DNA of 64,000 nt from Proteromonas lacertae (Eukaryota): NCBI GenBank assembly GCA_002245135.1, contig NGBS01000001.1, forward strand, positions 248,001 through 312,000, read 5' to 3'. This document shows positions 55,672 to 64,000 of this stretch, piece by piece; position 1 is the first letter of the stretch, and every line of letters starts with the position of its first letter. A model generated the notes under the pieces. That model was not told the DNA's origin and made no database searches. It saw nothing but the letters and a program-made list of their open reading frames with translations. The position numbers and the translations under genes are program-made.

Positions 55672-55832
55672 ATGCCACCAAACAAATGCAGTAACTGTGG
55701 ACGTGAAGGTCATAATGCAGCAAGCTGTCCCATGAGTATTTGTTAATTTTTGCTATATTTAACATAGAAAGATGTTGTACCGTATGTGGAAAACCTGGAC
55801 ATGATGCTAGAAACTGTCCAAAGAGAAGATAA
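55672..55832 (+). CDS. 42-aa microprotein with two CCHC zinc knuckles (intron 55736-55767; absent from the ORF track)
   Basis: MPPNKCSNCGREGHNAASCPMKRCCTVCGKPGHDARNCPKRR, containing two CX2CX4HX4C motifs. Confidence 0.88.
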
Positions 55833-56018
55833 ATAGCAGACTATAAAAGTGCTTGATTTTAATAGTGAATTTGTGGGGGTTTTCTTTCCATTTTATGCAT
55901 TTTATGTAAATATGTTCATTACACATAACTATATATTCTTATTTTCCAATTTCCATAAACATAAAAATAATTAATTCATAAAAATACTAACTTCAATACA
56001 AAACAAATCATTATTCAA

Positions 56019-56776
56019 CTATTTCTTCCTAAGGTAAATAACAACAAAAGGTATTACAAGCCCAATAGTGATAAACACTCCCTAAATAGTAAATAATGTA
56101 TAAATGTAATATACAACTATATATGGTATTGTACAACAACGAGTAATCCATGTCCCTTCATATTTTAGTCTTTCTTCTGGAGTATAAATAACTTCAAGGA
56201 ATTGTTGCGCTTGTTCTTCAACTTCTACACTATCAGTTGTATCAATCACTTTTTTCATGATAGGAATTATATTTCTATCTTTTAACCATTTCAAATATAC
56301 AGCTATGACAGAAAATTAAATAAAACTCAATTATACGGTCATATTGGAAATGAAATAGGAATATAATTATATAAATTAAAATATCATTACTAACATCCTT
56401 AGATAGGAACGGCAACAACATATCAAGAGCATGAGCTTTATAAAGAACAGGGACAGATTTGCCTATTTTATAATATTATTACTCGCCACATATACTATCA
56501 AATGAAATGTATGATAAGAAGATTATAACAAGCGTTTGGATTAAAGCATCATCTTCTTTGACTAATGGAGCAACTATTTCTATCAATCCAGAGTCTCTGA
56601 TTTTTGGAATATTATCAGCTATTAAACTAACACAAAAAAACGATACGATCTTCACATAAGCTATCTAAAGCTTTTAAGCATAAAACTTTCTTCTCCATAT
56701 CATCTCCTGTAAGAGCATCAATTATTTTTTCCATAGAATCAAACTCATATTCCCTCTCTACTGCTACTTTATCCAT
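56019..56776 (-). CDS. ARM/HEAT-like helical protein with C-terminal transmembrane anchor
   Basis: ATG at 56776; four GT-AG introns give a continuous frame; ends PYIVGVFITIGLVIPFVVIYLRKK. Confidence 0.65.
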
Positions 56777-56864
56777 TTAAAAAATCAAACCGATTTGAGT
56801 TATTTATGCCCTTCCATAGTAAACACAAACAAAAGTATTAAAAACGAAAGAATAAATAGAAAAA

Positions 56865-57520
56865 TTAGTTGCTTTTTGCTGATTGCATCTTCTTCAATAA
56901 CTTACCACAGCAACTCTTGAATTTCAGACCTGAATGACATTCACAAGGTTCATTTGGTTTTTGTGGATGTACTATAACATTAAATACAATAATGTCATTT
57001 TAATTTATATATACTATCAGGAACTCTATAAAAAATATAATATTAACAAACAAATAATTATACTCTTCAATAATATCAGTCTTCGCTTTTATTGTTCTTT
57101 TAATTTGTTTCGTTTCTTCATTTATTTGTTCTAGTATACTCCTATGTCTTAATGGTTTTGAAGATTCTGCATTTTCTTCATATTTTGGTTTGACTCTATG
57201 CAGCATTTCGCTCTATTCATTGATAAAAACCATTATTTAAATTAATAATACTTCCAATTGATCAGCAGTCACAGTTCCTGGAATTGATTGCATATTTTTA
57301 TTAAATACAGACCATGCACTCCATTCTCCTGGTTTTCTTTCACCCAAATTTGTAAAAATCTATTTATAATCATAATCACATCATTACTAGATAAAAACAA
57401 CTAAATATTATATAAACTTCACAAAATTGCCAATAGTAAAATAAAAATAGCCCTGCTACCCATATAATAAACTATACACATTATAAACATCATATTTACC
57501 TTGATATAAGAAGTAAACAT
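56865..57520 (-). CDS. SAYSD1: SAYSvFN-domain protein with C-terminal SEC-C zinc motif
   Basis: Spliced hydrophobic N-terminus, then IFTNLGERKPGEWSAWSVFNKNMQSIPGTVTADQLE; C-terminal PNEPCECHSGLKFKSCCG. Confidence 0.85.
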
Positions 57521-57531
57521 ATGACAAACCT

Positions 57532-57539
57532 TCAAGCTT
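57532..57539. promoter_or_regulatory. TCAAGCTT candidate core-promoter motif between divergent SAYSD1 and HDAC genes
   Basis: The same motif occurs 10-50 nt upstream of many other ATGs in the window. Confidence 0.5.
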
Positions 57540-57560
57540 ATTGTTAGTTCTTTTTTCAAA

Positions 57561-58971
57561 ATGCCAAGAAATGTTGCATATTTTTATCGAGGTATTCATT
57601 TTTATAGGTTCTATTCATTAGAAGGTATTGGCGATTACATTTATAAACCTGGACATCCCATGAAACCTCAAAGAATAAAATTAACCCATCATTTGCTATT
57701 ATCATATGAGTTATATTATAAAATGGAAGTTTATGTATTGTAATAGAAATAATATTTTCATAATAGGAACCTCATAATGCTACTTACAATGAATTAACCA
57801 AATTTCATGCTCCTGAATATGTCGATTTTCTATCAAAAGTTACTACAAGTAATTATCATTCATTTCAGGATCAAGTACATAAATGTATGTTTAATTCGAT
57901 TTATAAAAATAGTTATGGCTTATACTGATGATAATCCAATATTTAATGGGATGTATGAATTTTGTCAACAATATAGTGGTGCTTCAATTGATGCAGCCGT
58001 AAGAATCAATCACAAATTGAACGACATCTGTATTAATTGGTCAGGTGGTTTACATCATGCCAAGAAATTAGAAGCATGGGGATTTTGTTATGTAAACGAT
58101 ATAGTATTATGTATTATTGAATTATTAAAACACAATCCACGAGTTATGTATATAGATATTGATATACATCATGGAGATGGTGTAGAAGAAGCATTTTTCT
58201 GTACTAACCGAGTAATGACAGTATCATTTCATAAATATGGTGATTATTTCCCAGGAACTGGCAATATTGATAGTGTTGGTTATGGAAAAGGCAAAAATTA
58301 TGCAATAAATATTCCATTAGATGATGGAATAGATGATGAAACATATCAATTAATATTTCAACCAGTAGTAGAAGCTGCAATTAATAAATTTCGTCCAAAT
58401 GTAATTGTGCTACAGTGTGGTGCTGACAGTATTACTGGAGATTTATTAGGTGTATTTAATATGTCATTACAAGGACATGGTAAGTGCATTGAGTATGTTA
58501 GAAAATTTGGAATTCCTATGATTATATTAGGTGGTGGAGGATATACAATGAGAAACGTGGCTAGGTATAATATATATGTTAATATATTAATTGTATAGAT
58601 GTTGGGCATATGAGACAGGATTAATTCTAAATCAAATATTAGATAATAGTATTCCTACAAATGACTATATGGATTGGTTTAAACCAGATTATCAGTTGTA
58701 CTTAACTCCTAACCCTGAAATTGAGAATTTTAATACCAGAAAGGATATAGAAAAGTTAAGAGTTACAAGTTTGTCGCATATAAAAGAGTTAGAACAAGCA
58801 CCTAGTGTTCCTTTACATAATGTACCTCAAGATTTTTTTTCAATTGATTCATTCGGTAATAGTAAGAGAAGTGAATTATTCCCCAATTTAAGGAATATTG
58901 CAAGAAATGGGATGAATGATAGAGTCTTTCACAGATCAGAGTTTTATGATGCTAGTGAAGGAGCCGAATGA
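57561..58971 (+). CDS. Class I histone deacetylase (RPD3/HDAC1-3 family)
   Basis: [61 protein letters not shown]. Confidence 0.95.
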
Positions 58972-59130
58972 TTTTAAAATAGATTTTTTTTTATTAATAG
59001 TTTAAATAGAATTATGTCGTTTTTACATATTCTCTTTTCTAAATGTATTTGCGGAAATTATTTTTTTTAACAAAAACTTACCTCAAGCTTATTTCAAGCA
59101 TTTTTGGTTTTTAATTTTTACTGATATTTA

Positions 59131-60769
59131 ATGGTATAGCTGTTTAATTGTTATGTGATAGACATCTATAGTGCCTTCATTAGATGAAATTATGAGTGAA
59201 CAACTTCAACATGAAATTGCTACTCAGAATTCCTGTATATTGCTTAATGTTCATTAATTTTTATAGATGATGATGACTTTAAGTTAGCTCTTCGTTTACA
59301 ACAGCAATTCGATGAAGAAGAAATAATGAATCAACAAAATGGTCATAATCAGGTTTGCGCTTCTTCAATACCAATTCCAGAACCTCCATTATCAATACCA
59401 AATGTTGCAGATGATATTGATCCAGATTTTGCTATGGCGCTAATGCTACAAGAGGAAGAAGAAAAAGAATATGCTGAATATGTATTGAATCACAGACAAC
59501 CTCAATCTGAGAAAAGTATTATCACTACAAACTTAAAAGATCCAATAATTCATCGTCCACCAGCAATAATGGAAGATAAAGATTTTGATGAAGATGATGA
59601 ATATTTCGAATATGAGTCAATGAATGTTAATAATAATGAAATATTTGCAAATGTGTCATTACCCAAAAAGAAGAGTCGAACTGGAATTATTACAAAACAC
59701 AATGAAATTATTAATAAAACAATGAATATATCATTTTTAGTTTATGTTTATATATAATTATATTCTTTAATTTATTTTTGTAAAGTCTTGATATTGATGA
59801 ATTTCATGATAACAGTGGCAATATGGATGGTTTGATGATATCAACAAAAGCAAGGAATAAACTCATGAAGAATCAACAAAAACAACAAGTAAAAGGTATT
59901 GACAGTCATAAAAGAGTTGAAAAGAGTGAATATTCTACATTTAATAGTGTATTAGATAATGAATCAAGTGAAATACTATTTAAAGTATATATATATATAT
60001 ATAATTTATATTTTAGTGGGAGAATCAAGGTTTATTGAATAACATATATGGTGTGATAGGAAATGGTAAAGAAAGTGTTGTAATACCAGCTGATGGATTT
60101 ATAGAAGATACTGAAGTAGAAACATATTATGCAATAAAGATATTTAAGACTACTTTAACTGAATTCCGAAATAGAAAAGACTATGTTAAAAGTGATATAA
60201 GATATTGTGATATTAATTTGAACAAATTAAACAGTAAAAAAATGATTGATTTATGGTGTGAAAAGGAGTTTAGAAATTTAAATAGATTGTATGCTAATGG
60301 AATAAATTGTCCAAAACCAATAAAATTCAAAAGAAATTGTTTATTGATGGAATTCATTGGTGATAAAGAAACAGGAGTTCCAGCTAATCAATTGAAAGTA
60401 TTAAAATATAATAATGTAATTGTAATTGAATAGAATATGAAATTATCATTAAAAAGATGGAATAAATGTTATGAGGAATGTAAAGATATATTGCATAGAA
60501 TGTATAAGAAATGTCATTTAATTCATGGTGATTTTAGTGAATATAATATCTTATACTATGATAGTAAATGTTATGTAATTGATGTTGGTCAAGGTATTGA
60601 TTTAAGCCATGAAGATAGAGATTTATATTTACAAAGAGATGTTAATTCAATAATTACTTTCTTTAATAGTAAAGGTGTAGAAACTGAGAATAGCGATGAA
60701 TTAATCTCTTTTATTAAGAGTGATATTGAAGAAGAAAAACAAGATGAACAAGATATTAAGAATGAATAG
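59131..60769 (+). CDS. RIOK3: RIO kinase with RIOK3-type N-terminal region
   Basis: First exon is ATG only; SLDEIMSEQL, DFKLALRLQQQFDEE, DFAMALMLQEEE, IITKH; RIO domain GNGKESVV, AIKIFKTTLTEFRNR, WCEKEFRNL, LIHGDFSEYNIL, IDVGQ. Confidence 0.8.
59728..59783 (+). other. U12-type intron, AT-AA, 56 nt (RIOK3-like gene)
   Basis: 5' ATATCATT, branch TCTTTAAT, ends TGTAA; a phase-0 join gives KTMN-SLDIDEFHDNSGNMDG. Confidence 0.8.
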
Positions 60770-60930
60770 ATTGTTTCTTTTTTCTGTTTCTTGTGTTTGT
60801 TGCATTATAATATTGATTATTCTATGAATATTACTTATTCAATAGGATTTTTTATGTTTAATTAATAAAATATTTTAAAAACAAAATTTGTAACGACTTT
60901 AAATTTTATATAATCAAGCAAGTTTGAAAA

Positions 60931-63900
60931 ATGTTTTGCTTAAAATCTTTCGTAGATGATGTGATATCTTCAACATTACCATCTGATTATCTAGTATTTT
61001 AACAATAAATGATTTTTTAGGTAAAAGAAAGGGTAAAAAAGAGTGAATTTGAGATAGATATTGTAATTCAACATGCTCCTGACATTAAAATGTTGAAAAT
61101 TATTAATGTTATTGGAGTAAAAGAAAAGAATGTATTGAAGCTCAGTGAGAATAACTCCATATTGTTAGAATGTTGTTTACCCTTTGTTTATCCATTTAAA
61201 GCATTTCAAATTGATAGTGAGAGTGGATTTATGATTATATCAAGAGATTATTATGCACGAGACTTAGAAGAGGTAATTCAAAGTAAATCCTTGTCAAGTA
61301 GTAATATTAGATGTGTGATAAGCGGAATATGTGATATTTTAATAATATTAAATGAATATGGTGTAGTAGTCGGTAGCTTAAAGTGTTCAAATGTCATATA
61401 TGAAGAAGATGAAAATGATATAAAGTTATGTGATTTAAACCTTAATACGCTAAGAAGAGAAGATGATATAAGAATTTATGATGTGAATTTTAAAAGCCCA
61501 GAAGAGTTGAATGGATTGGAATGTAATGAGAGAAATGTGATTTGGTCAATTGGGTGTATATTATATGAAATGATTTGTAAGAAATTACCATTTAATGAAG
61601 ATAATAATGTATTTAAAACCATCAATAATATTCTGAGATGTAAATACTGTTTAGATATGAAATTTTATGATGAATCGATGAAAGGAATGATAGAAAAAAT
61701 GTTGAAAGTGAAGAGTGAAGATAGAATGAGTTTAAAAGAGTTGAAGAAAGAAATGATAAAAGTGAGTGAAATATTGAGAGACAGTGATAATAATTTAATG
61801 ATATATAATGAAAGGAAAAAAATGTTATATATTAGTGATGATAACGTTGTTTTGCTTCCAATAATATATCCACCACAATACTATTCTGGAAGTAGTATAT
61901 GGAAAAGTATAATATTGATAAATATAATCAAATAGAAATTCGAGATATATTGATAAAATACTACAATAAAAAACTTAATGAAAGAATACTATCAATACTA
62001 TTGATGATGAAGTTATTCAGAAAAGAAAGGTCAACAAGAAAGAAGCTGAAATATCAATTTCATCACAAGTGTGAAGAAAGAAAAGAAGAATGTTATTTAG
62101 ATGAAATGCTTTTTAATATAACTGCTTATCCTGCAGATAAAGAAATGATGATAAAAATTGAATCAAACTGCATTTGTGTATGTGAAGAAGGAATGAAGTA
62201 TCTTTTTAAAGTATTGAAACTTATCAATCCATCGAAACTGATATTCTGTATATTTACTAATCATTTTTGGTTGTTTAGATTGTTATAATATTCCATTCAA
62301 TAACCAATCGTTATTTGGATCATTATTTTCTCAGCTATCTAATCTACAACAACTAGAATTATCATTTTGTAATCTTACTTCTTCTTTCATTGAATCGTTT
62401 ATTCAATCAATTCCTCACATGAAATTAAAATGTCTAACTCTTCCATGTATCTGATATTCATTTTTAATTATTTTTAAATAGTAAAATTGATTGGTCAAAG
62501 AGGATTGAAAATGTTATTTCCATATTTACATCTATTAATCAACAAAAATAATGAATTGGATTTTAGAGAAATGAATTTAAATGATGAATTGATAATATTA
62601 TTATCAAAAGAATTATACAAATATTCAAGTCTTAAGAAAATTGATATTAGAAATAATATTTATGTTAATTCAAAGGGATTAAAAGCTTTATTCTCCAAAT
62701 TTCCAATTTCTAAAATAGCATTTGATTTTAAAGGAAAAGAAGATATTTTGATTGACAAAGACATTCCAGAAATAATAGAATTTGTTAAAAATCATCATAA
62801 TGGTGTATATATTGGAGGTTTGGAAATTAATGACGAATTCTTCAAATCATTAGTATATTTGAGATTAAATGAATTATGGATGATAGCACAGCTAGATTTA
62901 AGCAGTATCTTTTGATAGCTTTCCATTATTTAGATAATAAACTGACATATACAAGTGTTGAAACTTTGATTAGAAATTTATCTTCATTTTCAAGTCTTGA
63001 AAAACTTCATTTAAATGGAAATGAAATAGGAGATGAAGGACTGAGAGTATTATCTCCACATTTACATTTATTGATAGATGATTTTAAAAGTATAAATTGT
63101 TCAAGTATAATGAATATGGTTGTTATTGAATAGGTATGGGATTATCTTCAACTGGATTAAAATATTTGATTAATGGTTTAAAAAATATAGATAAAAAGAT
63201 TAAACTCAATATAAGTAATAATAGTATAGACACAGATGGAATAGAGTGTTTGATGAATTTTGTGAAAAAAAATGATGTGATTGAAAACTTATTTATAATA
63301 GATAATCCTATAGGAAATGGTGGGTTTAAATTAATTCTGAATAGTCTGGAAATGTTAATGTATGCATATCCGCCTGAGATAAACTTGAGAAACATATCCA
63401 TAGATGATGAGAGTGCATCATTATTAGCTGATAGAATACCTTCAATTGAAAATTGTGTAAAGATAAATCTGAATGGTAATAATATCAGAATGAAAGGATT
63501 AAAATCAGTTTGTACAAAATCATCAGATTATAAAGACAGTCCATTTATACAAGCAAAATGTTCAACATGGACAAATGAAGAATTGGTGTATTATTTGAAT
63601 TATTGCATTAAAAAGAAAAGGCATAAATATGATTATAGAATATATGACTTATCGAGTATAGAATACTAATTTCTAATTAAATAGATATGAATTTGAATGA
63701 TTCTCATATTTCCTTAATAAAACAGATAAAATATCAACACCTTGATTTATGCAATAATAAAATCACTTCAAAAGGATTAAAACAATTAACAGAATTTTTA
63801 CCAAAGTATACAAGCCATATTTCAATAGTTGACAATCCAATTGGAGATGAAAAGGAATAGAAATAATTTCGAAACATTTTGATATATTTGTTATTTATTA

Positions 63901-64000
63901 TTCATTAAATCTATCATGTATTTTAATTGTATAATATTTGAATAGATATTGGAATGAGTGAGAAAGGGTTGCAGATGTTAATAGAAAGATTAAAGGGTTA
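60931..64000 (+). CDS. Pseudokinase + LRR protein, paralog of 8083-10950; 3'-partial, with an apparent frameshift at ~63850
   Basis: GSLKCSNV, KLCDLN, SPEE, IWSIGCILY; exon structure matches the paralog. An intron at 63656-63684 extends the LRRs past the ORF-track stop to the window end. Confidence 0.8.

Noticed and set aside
55672..55832. Zinc knuckles as an LTR-retrotransposon gag remnant
   Set aside because: No LTRs, protease, RT or integrase nearby; the gene has its own ATG, stop and spliceosomal intron.
62905..62933. GTATCTTT-starting intron as a GT-AG U12 intron
   Set aside because: It is 29 nt with no TTAAY branch motif, and the paralogous intron near 10135 is an ordinary GTATG...TAG intron.

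Overview
AT-rich eukaryotic (protist) nuclear DNA with densely packed genes and many tiny GT-AG introns (about 26-46 nt, nearly all GTA...TAG). Standard genetic code. The gene style suggests a Blastocystis/Proteromonas-like stramenopile, which is an inference. About 23 genes can be built, including an axonemal inner-arm dynein heavy chain, ELF1, GcvT, NMD3, organellar GluRS, a KCTD/BTB protein, ferredoxin, SAC3/LENG8-like, RNF32-like, CAMKK-PH, SAYSD1, a class I HDAC and RIOK3-like. Two results stand out. (1) Two divergently oriented giant receptors (~3,800-3,900 aa), each with a signal peptide, nine tandem UrtA/AmiC-like (Venus-flytrap) solute-binding domains and a class C-like 7TM domain. 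(2) Six U12-type (minor spliceosome) introns in 64 kb, four with rare AT-AA ends and two AT-AC. Other notable features are two pseudokinase-LRR paralogs, a kinesin-like gene without a P-loop, a 42-aa double zinc-knuckle microprotein, a SAYSD1-SEC-C fusion, a recurrent TCAAGC(TT) motif upstream of start codons and very short bidirectional intergenic regions. Scattered single-base frameshifts are probably assembly errors. Gene models were spliced by hand and have no transcript support.
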